NCBI GenBank assembly: GCA_965199855.1
Contig: OZ241326.1
Location: 1,888,001 to 1,952,000 of the forward strand
Direction of reading: 5' to 3'
Origin: a bacterium
Lineage (GTDB): Bacteria; UBA8248
DNA length: 64,000 bases
Both the position numbers and the translations under genes were made by a program. The notes under the pieces were generated by a model, which searched no databases, was not told where the DNA came from, and saw only the letters and a program-made list of their open reading frames with translations. The stretch's first letter is position 1, and the number at the start of each line of letters is the position of its first letter. This document shows, piece by piece, positions 21,655 through 33,360 of the stretch.

Positions 21655-21682
21655 ATTCTATCGGGCGCGGGCGTTTCGTCAA
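21655..21682 (-). promoter_or_regulatory. putative sigma70 promoter for LOG-nlpD-apt
   Basis: minus strand TTGACG, 16 bp, TAGAAT. Confidence 0.5.
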
Positions 21683-21765
21683 GTCATCCCGAATTTCACG
21701 CGGCCTTGCTCCCGTCGCCGCGCTTTCGTCAAAGCGCGGCTTCCCCCGCGGGCGGCGCTTCGCCG

Positions 21766-22953
21766 TTATTGGCCCTCGGGGATGATCACCCTCTTGTCGT
21801 GGTCCGCCGGCAGACCGTTGTTCAGCGTATGCAGCATCCAGTCCGCGATGGCGGGATACATGTCGGCCGCCACCTCGCCCATAGGGTGAAAAACGCCCTC
21901 GTAGAGCCAGAGTTCGCGCGGGCACGTGAGATGCTCGAAGAAAACCTCAATATCGTCCGGCGTGCAAAGCTCGTCCATGTCGCCGGCTACGAGCAGATAG
22001 TCCGACTTCATCCTGCCCGCCGTGGGCAGCCAGATGTCGTCGCGCTCCTCAACGAAGGCGTCGAACGCATCCTCGTCCAGGATGTTCGTCATATACATGT
22101 AGATTCTCTTGAAGTTGGGCTGGGCCTGGTTGAAGATGATGTCCGAAGGCCCCACGTTCGCCATCTGGCCGACGACGGCGCTGACGCGCTCGTCCTGGGC
22201 GGCGATCTCCACCGTCCAGCGGCTTCCCATGCTCATGCCCATGAGGCCGATCTTGGAGGAATCCACCTCTTCGCGCTCTGTGAGCCAGTCGATGACCCTG
22301 CTGCCCGCGCGCGCGTAGTTGTGGTGATCCACCCACACCTGGTTGACGTTGCATTCGCCCTGCCCGGGGCCGTCCATGATGGCGAAGTTCATGCCTCGCT
22401 CGCGGAACCAGTTGTTGTAGGGCAGGAGCCCGTCCTCCTTGATCATGTCCATGCCGGGAATGAGCAGAACGGTCGGCCTGGCGCCCTCGCCTTCCGCCGG
22501 CCAGTAGTAGAAATACGCGCTCTTGCCCGGCTCGAACTCCACCTCGCGCTTCTGGATGCCGCCGCCCATGAGTTCGCGCATTTTCTCGAAGCAGCGCGCC
22601 ACGCCCGCGTAGTATTCCTTTTTGCGGGGATGGCCGTCCACGGGGATGAGGTGCTGGCCCCGCCCGTAGCAGAGTCCCGCGCGGTTGTAGTGCATGGCGG
22701 CGGTCACGCGGTTGCCGGCCTCTGCCGCGGCGATGGCCTTCTTCTCCTGAAGGGCGGCCTGCTTTCCCCACAGGAGCGGAATGGAGCGCCTGCCCGAAAC
22801 CCTTGAATAGACCGCCTGGAGGTCCTGGTGCCGAAAGCCCCTCTCGTAGCGCGTGCCCATGATGCCGGGGTGGAGGACGTCCTCATTCTCGGAGAGCTTG
22901 AGAAAATTGTCGAAAATCCAGTTCTGGTTCGCGCGCGATGCCTGTCGTCTCAT
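21766..22953 (-). CDS. alpha/beta hydrolase (FrsA / 2,6-dihydroxypseudooxynicotine hydrolase-like)
   Basis: PGMDMIKE, DGPGQGE, GMSMG, GDMD, H motifs. Confidence 0.75.
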   Translation of the reverse strand: MRRQASRANQNWIFDNFLKLSENEDVLHPGIMGTRYERGFRHQDLQAVYSRVSGRRSIPLLWGKQAALQEKKAIAAAEAGNRVTAAMHYNRAGLCYGRGQHLIPVDGHPRKKEYYAGVARCFEKMRELMGGGIQKREVEFEPGKSAYFYYWPAEGEGARPTVLLIPGMDMIKEDGLLPYNNWFRERGMNFAIMDGPGQGECNVNQVWVDHHNYARAGSRVIDWLTEREEVDSSKIGLMGMSMGSRWTVEIAAQDERVSAVVGQMANVGPSDIIFNQAQPNFKRIYMYMTNILDEDAFDAFVEERDDIWLPTAGRMKSDYLLVAGDMDELCTPDDIEVFFEHLTCPRELWLYEGVFHPMGEVAADMYPAIADWMLHTLNNGLPADHDKRVIIPEGQ

Positions 22954-23117
22954 GCCGCCGCCTTCTCCTTTGTCTGCGCGGCGGACGGGCGCGAGTCCCC
23001 TCTTATCGCCGCTCCTGAAGTCAGAAAACACCGGGTCCGGCCGCTATCTTCCAGCCGGGAGCCGTCCGGGTCAACCGCCTCGGGAGATCGCCTTCGGGCG
23101 AGTTTTCGGATGCCGCG

Positions 23118-23146
23118 TTGACGAGGCGGCGCATTTTCCGTAGATT
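23118..23146 (+). promoter_or_regulatory. putative sigma70 promoter of metY copy 1
   Basis: TTGACG (23118-23123), 17 bp, TAGATT (23141-23146). Confidence 0.55.
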
Positions 23147-23247
23147 CAGGCGTTCATTTTCTGAAGGCGGCGACCGCGCCGGCCTTTGAGAATCCCGGGC
23201 GGGGCGCTTCCCGCCGCCATTTTCGATGCAATATGAGGAGCCGGGCA

Positions 23248-24540
23248 ATGACAGTAGAATCAAGCAACAGCGAAACAATCGTCCTTCACGCCGGATACCG
23301 CAAGGACGACGCCACGAACGCCGTGGCCGTGCCGATTTACCAGACGTCCTCCTACCAGTTCGACAGCACGGAGCACGCGGCCAATCTCTTCTCGCTGAAG
23401 GAACTGGGCAACATCTACACCCGCATCATGAACCCCACGAACGACATTCTGGAGAAGCGGCTGGCCGCTCTGGAGGGCGGCGTGGGCGCCCTCGCCGTCT
23501 CCTCGGGGCAATCCGCCTCGATGATGGCCGTGATGAACGTCGCGCGCGCCGGCGACAACATCGTGAGTTCGACGGACCTCTACGGCGGCACGTGGAACCT
23601 GTTCGCCAACCAGCTGGAGGACATCGGCATCGAGTGCCGCTTCGTGGACCCCGCAGACCCGCAAAGCTTCGCCGAAGCGACCGACGACAGGACGCGCGCC
23701 TACTACGCCGAGACGCTGCCAAACCCGAAGCTGCGCGTTTTCCCGATCAGGGAGGTCGCCGACATCGGGCGCGCGATGGGGATTCCCCTCATCATGGACA
23801 ACACGGCGGCGCACGGCCTCTGCAAGCCCTTCGAGCACGGCGCGGCCGTCATCGCCTCCTCGTGCACGAAATACATCGGCGGGCACGGCAACTCCATCGG
23901 CGGCGTCATCATCGACGGCGGAAACTTCGACTGGGCGGCGCACCCCGAGCGGCAGCCCTACCTGAACCAGCCCGACCCGAGCTATCACGGCGCCGTGTGG
24001 ACGGAGGCCGTCAAGCCGCTCGGCCCCATCGCCTACATCATCAAGGCGCGCGTCACGCTCCTGCGCGACTCCGGCCAGGCGACCAGCCCCTTCAACGCCT
24101 TCCTGTTTCTCCAGGGGCTGGAAACCCTGCCCCTGCGCATGGAGCGACACTGCGAAAACGCCGAGAAGGCGGCGGACTTCCTGAAAAACCACCCCAAGGT
24201 GAGCGCCGTGATCTACCCGGGCCTCATGGAGGGCGAATTCCGCCGCCGCGCCGACGCCTACCTCAAGGGCGGCTACGGCGGCCTGTGCGGCTTCGAGCTC
24301 AAGGGCGGGAACGAGGCCGGCCAGAACTTCATCAACGCGCTCAAGATGTTCTACCACGTGGCGAACATCGGCGATTCGAGGAGTCTGGCGATTCACCCGG
24401 CGAGCACCACGCACTCCCAGCTCAGCCCGGAGGAGCAGGAGAAAACGGGCGTGACGCCGGGCTACGTGCGCCTCTCCATCGGCATCGAGCACATCGACGA
24501 CATCATCGCCGACCTCTCCCAGGCGCTGGACGCCGCGTAG
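23248..24540 (+). CDS. metY: O-acetylhomoserine aminocarboxypropyltransferase (copy 1)
   Basis: AVPIYQTSSY, GNIYTRIMNPT, SCTKYIGGHG (PLP Lys), [27 protein letters not shown]. Confidence 0.93.
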   Translation: MTVESSNSETIVLHAGYRKDDATNAVAVPIYQTSSYQFDSTEHAANLFSLKELGNIYTRIMNPTNDILEKRLAALEGGVGALAVSSGQSASMMAVMNVARAGDNIVSSTDLYGGTWNLFANQLEDIGIECRFVDPADPQSFAEATDDRTRAYYAETLPNPKLRVFPIREVADIGRAMGIPLIMDNTAAHGLCKPFEHGAAVIASSCTKYIGGHGNSIGGVIIDGGNFDWAAHPERQPYLNQPDPSYHGAVWTEAVKPLGPIAYIIKARVTLLRDSGQATSPFNAFLFLQGLETLPLRMERHCENAEKAADFLKNHPKVSAVIYPGLMEGEFRRRADAYLKGGYGGLCGFELKGGNEAGQNFINALKMFYHVANIGDSRSLAIHPASTTHSQLSPEEQEKTGVTPGYVRLSIGIEHIDDIIADLSQALDAA

Positions 24541-24555
24541 AACCGACGGAAAGCG

Positions 24556-24592
24556 AAAAGAGGGCGGCCCCGATCGGGCCGCCCTCTTTTTT
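24556..24592. terminator. bidirectional rho-independent terminator between metY and the CRISPR locus
   Basis: AAAAGAGGGCGGCCC-CGATC-GGGCCGCCCTCTTTT(TT): 15-bp perfect inverted repeat with A/T tails on both sides. Confidence 0.9.
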
Positions 24593-24679
24593 GGTCGCTA
24601 CATATTGAAAATGAATGAATAAATGGCCAGCACTTAAAGCATCAAATGAAGTTTTCAGATTGGGTTCCCCTGGGCCGGG

Positions 24680-24911
24680 CGGGTCGTCAATCCCCACCGC
24701 ACAGGGGCCTATATCCCGCGCAAAACATCCACACCCTGAACTAGTTGCGGTCAATCCCCACCGCACAGGGGCCTATATCTCCGCGGACAGCGCGTCTACG
24801 TCACGCATTGTTGCGGTCAATCCCCACCGCACAGGGGCCTATATCGCAATGTCACGTCGACCTCAATGTTTGTGGGTTGCGGTCAATCCCCACCGCACAG
24901 GGGCCTATATC
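24680..24911 (-). CRISPR. CRISPR array, 4 repeats / 3 spacers
   Basis: 36-nt repeat GTTGCGGTCAATCCCCACCGCACAGGGGCCTATATC exact at 24744-24779, 24810-24845, 24876-24911; copy at 24680-24715 is identical over its last 30 nt; unique spacers of 28, 30, 30 nt. Orientation inferred from the degenerate terminal repeat and the effector gene. Confidence 0.95.
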
Positions 24912-25057
24912 CCGTTTCATGCAAAACCTTGTTTTCATGCTTCGTCCGGCGTTTTCTCCCATAGAGGAATTCTCTACGCCATGGCTTCGGCTGATTTTTC
25001 GACCCGTTGCCGGGCGCGCCGCTGCGCTCTCGTGGGCTTCCTCTCCTTCACGACGCC

Positions 25058-26980
25058 TCAGCCCTCCATGGCTTTTGTGGCGAGGTTCATCGCCCCGTTC
25101 TCGTCCCTGTCATGCTCCGTTCCGCACTCCGGGCATGTCCACCTCAACCCGGGGTCCGCCTCGTTCTGGTAATCGCATTTCGGGGTGGAGCACTTTCTGC
25201 TCGTATATGCCGGATTTATGTGGACGACGCGAACTCCCTCCCGTTCCGCGCAATTCTTTACGGCGCCGATAAAGACGCCCGGCGCCGCGTCGAACAGTTG
25301 CCCCCGCGATTTTTTTGTATGCTCTCCGCCCTTTTTCTCCTTGTCCTTGAATTCGCGGAGCAGGTTCCCGTCCTCGATCCCTATGGGCAGGCGTTCCGCT
25401 TTGGCTTTGTCCACGATTTCTTTCGCCTTCAGGCGATAAAAGTAGTCGCGCTGTCCGATGAGCCGCTTCACCCGATAATGGTATTCATGGTATCGGCCTT
25501 CCCATGATCTCGCCCATCTCGCTATCGCGTCGCGCGCGGCGTCCTCGTTTTCCGCCAGCGCGTCGGGTCTCTCGCGAAGGGCGAGAACAAGGCTGTAAAC
25601 CGTTTCAAAACTGACGGTTCGCTTCTCGCGCTCCGCGTTGCGGACGATGGCGCGAATGATTCTACGGAATGAATCTTTTTCGTTCGCACCGGCCCATGCC
25701 TTTGTTTTCCTGAGCAATGGCCCGACTGCGAGACCAAAAGCGACCGCGCTCTTGTCGAGAGCGGACTTCAACTTGTTCACGCGCTTGGTGGCGTCCCGCC
25801 ATTCCTCGCGGACGGTGATGTGTTCGGGTTTGAAAGCGGTTTTGGGATCATCGGATTCGCGCTTTATGGCGACGGTCGCCGTTCGCAGCTCCCCCTCGAT
25901 TTCTTTCCAGCCGATGTCGATTCCCATCCCCGCGCGAGAAGAGGGAGCGATGCCGGCGGGCGCGTCGGCTTCAACGAAAAAGCAGACGTGGTATTTGAAC
26001 TTGCCCTTCCCGATGCGGCGGCGAACGAGTTGCGCGTTCTTGATGAGCGCGCCTTCCGGGATGAGGCGGTGCAGAACCAGATCGAAATGGCAATATACGT
26101 CCGAACTCCCCGTTCCCTTTTTCGTGGCGAGCTTGAGGCGGGCGCGGCGAATCCGAGCCTCTTCCCCGTTTGGCTTCTTCCGCCGCCGCTTTTCCCATCG
26201 CCGCTCCAGCTTTTCCAGTTTCTGCTCCGTTTCTTCCTTCGGCAGTTTCTTGTTCCGAATCTTGCGGCGATCCTGCTCGAAAGCCTCCCGCTCATCAAGA
26301 ATGACGAAAGGGCGCTTGTCTTTGTCTTTCCTTTTGCGGAGATCTTCAAAGAAAACGCCGTCTGCGGTTTGTTTTTCCCAAGTGCGGCTGAGGCGGTAAT
26401 GGAAATAACCTGATTTTCTTTTGTGGAATGCGTGAAATCTCAAATTGTAATCACCGGCGATTTCCCCCGCGCTTTTCTTCGTCAACGCTTTGAAGAATTC
26501 GCCTCGTGACGTCCTGAATTTTTCAAGAATATCTCCGGCTGTCTTGCTCATAAGTTCGCACTGATCTACTTGGGCCGCCTCCCGCAAGCGACGTTCAGCC
26601 TCCTTTTTGCACTCCTTCTCCCTGGCGGCGAACTCGGGATTCTCCTTGATGAGCGCGTTCGCCTCCTTGCGCGGCTTCTTGATGTCCTCCCACAGTTTTT
26701 TCCTCTCGTCGATGAGAGCTTCCGGCGGCTCATCGCCTTCGCGCTTCGCCTCGCCAAGCGAGCGTTCGATGATTTCCAGTCTCTCGTCGAGTTTCCGATA
26801 GGCGGGGCTGGCCTCCCGCCGCAGGGAATTATAGGCCGCAACGTCTTTTTCGTGGATTTCGACCAGATTGTTCCGCAACCGGTTGGCTCGCTGGAGCTCG
26901 TTTTCCCCCTCGGCGGGAAACGGCTCCACGGGAACCGCGCCGTATTTCATAACGAACTTTCTGGGTTCTCGCGTTTCCAT
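25058..26980 (-). CDS. compact type V CRISPR effector, Cas12m (V-U1)-like, TnpB-derived RuvC protein
   Basis: RuvC-I GIDIGWK, RuvC-II IGIED, AYTSRKC...C...CPECG zinc ribbon, Ruv[15 protein letters not shown]; stop 146 bp from the array. Start is ATG 26980 or ATG 27004 (the latter overlaps the tRNA CCA). Confidence 0.88.
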   Translation of the reverse strand: METREPRKFVMKYGAVPVEPFPAEGENELQRANRLRNNLVEIHEKDVAAYNSLRREASPAYRKLDERLEIIERSLGEAKREGDEPPEALIDERKKLWEDIKKPRKEANALIKENPEFAAREKECKKEAERRLREAAQVDQCELMSKTAGDILEKFRTSRGEFFKALTKKSAGEIAGDYNLRFHAFHKRKSGYFHYRLSRTWEKQTADGVFFEDLRKRKDKDKRPFVILDEREAFEQDRRKIRNKKLPKEETEQKLEKLERRWEKRRRKKPNGEEARIRRARLKLATKKGTGSSDVYCHFDLVLHRLIPEGALIKNAQLVRRRIGKGKFKYHVCFFVEADAPAGIAPSSRAGMGIDIGWKEIEGELRTATVAIKRESDDPKTAFKPEHITVREEWRDATKRVNKLKSALDKSAVAFGLAVGPLLRKTKAWAGANEKDSFRRIIRAIVRNAEREKRTVSFETVYSLVLALRERPDALAENEDAARDAIARWARSWEGRYHEYHYRVKRLIGQRDYFYRLKAKEIVDKAKAERLPIGIEDGNLLREFKDKEKKGGEHTKKSRGQLFDAAPGVFIGAVKNCAEREGVRVVHINPAYTSRKCSTPKCDYQNEADPGLRWTCPECGTEHDRDENGAMNLATKAMEG

Positions 26981-27003
26981 TTCCTTCTCTTCAAAATAAA
27001 CCA

Positions 27004-27080
27004 TGGTCGGGGCGAGAGGATTTGAACCTCCGGCCTCCTGCTCCCGAAGCAGGCGCGCTACCAGGCTGCGCTACGCCCCG
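27004..27080 (-). tRNA. tRNA-Pro(CGG)
   Basis: reverse complement CGGGGCGTAGCGCAGCCTGGTAGCGCG...TTCGGGA...GGTTCAAATCC...GACCA, 77 nt. Confidence 0.95.
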
Positions 27081-27113
27081 ACCCGACGCGGGCGACGGAA
27101 TGGCGGCGCTCCC

Positions 27114-27784
27114 CTACGCCTTCTCCCATCCGTATTTGCCCACGAGCTTCACGAAAACGCAGTTCACCAACTCCTCCGGCGCGAGCAACTCACCCGCCTT
27201 CGACGCGCGGCATCGCGCGAGCGTCTGCTTCTCGCCCTCCCCCAGGGGCATGACGATGCGCCCGCCCGGGGCGAGCTGCCCGGCCCACGGCTTCGGAACG
27301 CGGGGCGCAGACGCCGCGCTCACGATGACGTCGAAGGGCGCCTCCGCCGGCCAGCCGTACGTGCCGTCCGCCGTCCAGAGCATATAATTCGTCAGGCCGA
27401 GAGAATCCAGGCGCGTCCTGGCTCTCTCCGAGAGTTCGGGCACCCTCTCGATTGCGCGAACGGCGCCCGAGAGCCTCGCCAGAAGCGCGGTAAGGTAGCC
27501 CGAACCCGCGCCGATTTCAAGCACTTTCTCCCCGCCCCCCAGTTCGAGCGCCTCCAGGGTGGCGGCCACCATGTAGGGCTGGGAGATCGTTTGCCCGTGC
27601 CCGATGGGCAGCGCCTTGTCGGCGTAGGCGGCCTCCTGGAAGATGTCGGGCGCGAAGTGGTGCCGGGGCACCTCGCGCAGCGCGTCGATCACGCGGGCGT
27701 CCCGAATCCCCCTGGCGACGATCTGCTTCTCCACCATCTGCTCGCGCGCGCTGCGCCAGCGGCTTCGGGCGTCCTCTTTTCCGT

Positions 27785-27800
<16 letters not shown>
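27114..27800 (-). CDS. pcm: protein-L-isoaspartate O-methyltransferase
   Basis: [38 protein letters not shown]; start uncertain (TTG 27800 or ATG 27737). Confidence 0.93.
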
Positions 27801-30120
<2,320 letters not shown>

Positions 30121-30121
<1 letters not shown>

Positions 30122-30600
30122 TGGCTTTTTCCGAATATCAGGATCCCCGCGCGATTCGGCATATTCTGCGAAACCACCGCCGCGTGGCGATGGTGGGCCT
30201 CTCGGCGAATGAAGCGAGGCCGAGCTACTTCGTGGGCTATTACCTCCAAAGAATGGGGTTTCAGGTCATTCCCGTGAACCCTCGATATGAACGGATATTG
30301 GGGGAAAAATCCTATCCCGACTTGGAGTCGATGCCCGTTCCGCCCGACGTGGTGGACGTATTCCGCAGACCGGATGAAATTTCGGAGGCGGTGGATGAGG
30401 CGATAGCCGTCGGCGCCAAATCCATCTGGATGCAGTTCGGCGTGGTGAACGAGGCGGAAGCCGCCCGCGCCAGGTCCGGGGGCCTCCTCGTCGTCATGGA
30501 CAGGTGCATGAAGATCGAGCACGGGAGACTGAGGGGCGGCTTGCGCTCGGCGGGGATGCGCACCGGCGTCATCACGACGCGCCGAAGCGCGCCCCTTTAG
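30121..30600 (+). CDS. CoA-binding protein (YccU-like)
   Basis: AMVGLS....RPS, IPVNP, DVVDVFR, WMQFG, VMDRCMKIE; TGATG overlap with metY copy 2. Confidence 0.9.
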
Positions 30601-30710
30601 GTGGGATTCGCGGCGCGACGGCTTTCGAGCCGCTTGCAAATTCCCGGAATATCCTTTAAGCAGGAAAGCGCAGGAGGTTTCGGCAGTTCGCCGCTTCCGC
30701 AAGAGAGAGC

Positions 30711-31409
30711 ATGAATAAACTCAAAATCCTGATGCTGGGCATTCCTCTCCTTCCCGTATGGATGGCTTCGTCCGCTCAAGCGGAAAACGGGCTCATCGTC
30801 CACACGCGAGCGATTTCCGGCCAGCCCCGCGTCTTTCTCGCGCGCGGAGAGAAAATCTCTCTCAAGGGCGAGCAGGCGATGCGGCCGGGCGATCGCATCG
30901 TCACGAGCGGGACGGCGCGGGCGCTGCTTCGCTTCTCGCACAGTCCCGGCTGTCGGCTCGTGCTGGAACTGGAGCCGAACAGTTCGTTCAAGCTGACGGA
31001 CTCCAAGCCGGGCGGCGCGTATTCCGCCCGGCTCGACAGGGGCGGCGTGAAATGCCGGGGCTCTTCCTGCGGTCTGAGTCTGAGCGTCGCGACGCCGACG
31101 GGAATCCTGAGCGGCAGGGACGCCAAATTCGCCCTGCGCGCCCGGCGCCATTCGACCACCGTGATATTTGCGAGCGGGCGAATGCGCCTGCTCGTCGGCG
31201 GTCAGGCGTTTTCGCTGCGCGAGATGACGCGCATCACCGTCTCGAAAACGGGGGGGCATCGAATCGCCACGATGCGCGGCGGCGATTTCCGAATACGTCC
31301 TCTCCCCCGCGCCGCCTCTCCTTCCCCCGCTTCGCTCTCGCCTGTTTCCGCCAGTCGCCGCTTTCTCCGCCCCGCCGCTTCCCCGGCCGCGTCGACGCGA
31401 AGGCCTTGA
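30711..31409 (+). CDS. secreted FecR-domain protein
   Basis: signal peptide; GDRIVT...RALLRF....LELEPNS, VATPTG pattern. Confidence 0.55.
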   Translation: MNKLKILMLGIPLLPVWMASSAQAENGLIVHTRAISGQPRVFLARGEKISLKGEQAMRPGDRIVTSGTARALLRFSHSPGCRLVLELEPNSSFKLTDSKPGGAYSARLDRGGVKCRGSSCGLSLSVATPTGILSGRDAKFALRARRHSTTVIFASGRMRLLVGGQAFSLREMTRITVSKTGGHRIATMRGGDFRIRPLPRAASPSPASLSPVSASRRFLRPAASPAASTRRP

Positions 31410-31528
31410 CGAAAGCCGCGCTCAAGTCTTACTACATGGATTGAAGCTGCATCTCCTCCTCAAGGTCCGACACGGCCTCGCAGGCCGGCGATGCGTCGGG
31501 CCTTTTGGGTGAAGCGTCTCTCTTCGGT

Positions 31529-31605
<77 letters not shown>

Positions 31606-31655
31606 TTTCATTTCCCGGCGACGGGCGAACGGGGCATCCCGGGAGGGGCCGGCGG

Positions 31656-32582
31656 GTGGAGGTCGGGTTCATCGGCCTGGGAAGAATGGGCGGCGAAATT
31701 TGCGCTCATCTCGTTCAGGCGAATCATGCGGTAGCCGCCTATGACGTTCGGGAAGAAGCCACCCGGGAGGCGGAGCGAAAAGGCGCGCGCGCCGGACGCA
31801 GCCCGGCGGATGTCGCTTCCCGCTCAGAGGTTGTTTTCACCTCCCTGCCTCACCCGCAGGCTTCGCGCGAGGCGATTCTCGGCGCGGAGGGAATTCTCGC
31901 GGGCGTTCGGAAGGGAGCGCTTCTGGCGGAGACGAGCACCGTCTCTCCTTCCCTCATCAAGGAACTGGCCCCCGTGGTGAAGGAGCGCGGCGCCGAGTTG
32001 ATGGATGCCGCCGTGAGCGGCGGGGTGCAGGGGGCGCGGGAGGGAACCCTCACGCTGATGGTGGGCGGCGGCGAGGCGGGCTTCGAGAGGCTCAAGCCCC
32101 TGCTCGCGCATTTCGGAAAGAACATATTTCATTGCGGCCCGTCGGGCATGGGCATGCTGTTCAAGGTGGTGAACAACATGCTCTCCCACGTGAACCTGGC
32201 GGCGCTGGCGGAAGCCATGGCCCTGGGCGTCTCGGCGGGCGCCGACCCCGATCTGCTCTGCGAAGTCATCGGCGTTAGCTCGGGCCGAAGCCGCCAGGTT
32301 GAGGACAGACTGAGAAAGCACATCCTGCCGGGGGAATTCACCCCGGGGATGACGACGGATCTCGCGACGAAAGATTCTGATTTGTGCCTCGAGCTGGCGC
32401 GCGAACTGCGGGTTCCCACCTTCCTCGCCAGCGCGTCGCATCACGTCTATGAAATGGCGATTCAGAAAGGATACGGGGCGGAGGAATACGCCTCGCTCAT
32501 CAAGCTCTGGGAAGAATGGCTGGGCATCGAGGTGCGCTCCCGAAAGGCGAAGCGAGGCGCCCCGGGCGAAGGCGCTGAATGA
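31656..32582 (+). CDS. beta-hydroxyacid dehydrogenase (3-hydroxyisobutyrate/tartronate semialdehyde reductase family)
   Basis: VGFIGLGRMG, DAAVSGG..GA..GTLTLMVGG, K.VNN. Confidence 0.9.
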   Translation: MEVGFIGLGRMGGEICAHLVQANHAVAAYDVREEATREAERKGARAGRSPADVASRSEVVFTSLPHPQASREAILGAEGILAGVRKGALLAETSTVSPSLIKELAPVVKERGAELMDAAVSGGVQGAREGTLTLMVGGGEAGFERLKPLLAHFGKNIFHCGPSGMGMLFKVVNNMLSHVNLAALAEAMALGVSAGADPDLLCEVIGVSSGRSRQVEDRLRKHILPGEFTPGMTTDLATKDSDLCLELARELRVPTFLASASHHVYEMAIQKGYGAEEYASLIKLWEEWLGIEVRSRKAKRGAPGEGAE

Positions 32583-32700
32583 TGGACAGGCCGGCTCGCC
32601 CCGCTCACCGGTGCGCGGAATTTTCAAAAAGCGCGCGGAAGAACAGTTTCGCGGGCTCCGGCCTCCGCCTCCCTCATTCGCCCGCGCGGGGGACGCCCTC

Positions 32701-33255
32701 GTGAGCCCGGCGGAAATGTTCGACGAGGCCTTTCGCTCGGCTTTCGAGGACAGAAGAAGCCTGATCGCCTTCCTCGAGGGAATCGACCCCGCCCACGTGG
32801 ACTGGCGCCCGCCCGACGGCGAGTGGTCGCTGCGCGAGAACCTCGAGCACATCGTTTTGACGGACAATTATCTCGCGCGCTTCTTCGAGAAGAGGCTTGC
32901 CGAGGCGGTCGAGTCCGGCGCGTGGGATACGGCGCCGGAGAACCCGCAGAAGATGAGCCGGGAGGCGCTCCGGCGCAGGGAGCAGGGCGTCGTTCCGGCT
33001 CCTGATTTTCTCCTTCCCAGAGGAGAGGGCGAATTCGGGGAGATGACAACGACGCTCCTGCCCAAAAGAGAGGCGATCCACCGCGCGATGCTTCCCCACC
33101 GGAACACCGACATGAGCCGTTGCGTGCACGCGCATTTTCGCTACGGCGACCTCAACATCTACGACCGCATCGTCTATTCAGGGACGCACGACTACCTGCA
33201 TCAGGATCAGATGACGCGCGTCATCCGCGCCCCGGGCTATCCCGGAAGCGAATGA
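32701..33255 (+). CDS. DinB-family protein
   Basis: WRPPDGEWSLRENLEHI, H..YG.L, HDYLHQDQ. Confidence 0.75.
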   Translation: MSPAEMFDEAFRSAFEDRRSLIAFLEGIDPAHVDWRPPDGEWSLRENLEHIVLTDNYLARFFEKRLAEAVESGAWDTAPENPQKMSREALRRREQGVVPAPDFLLPRGEGEFGEMTTTLLPKREAIHRAMLPHRNTDMSRCVHAHFRYGDLNIYDRIVYSGTHDYLHQDQMTRVIRAPGYPGSE

Positions 33256-33360
33256 CGGCTCTGAATTATCTCCTCGCGTAAAAAAACCGCCCACGAACGA
33301 TCTGGCTATGATGGGGGGTGCTCCCCGAGGGTTAGGAGAGGCTCCGCCCGTTCCCCGAAG

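Noticed and set aside
24592-24597. TGGTCG beyond the array as a duplicated tRNA-Pro 3' end (attR)
   Set aside because: Only 6 bp; expected by chance
24615-25507. ORFs crossing the array (185, 175, 166 aa)
   Set aside because: Their periodic peptides are translated CRISPR repeats or antisense to the effector
25058-27004. IS200/IS605 transposon or CAST (Cas12k) interpretation
   Set aside because: No tnpA, serine recombinase or tnsBC/tniQ nearby; protein much longer than TnpB; true array adjacent; RuvC residues intact, unlike Cas12k
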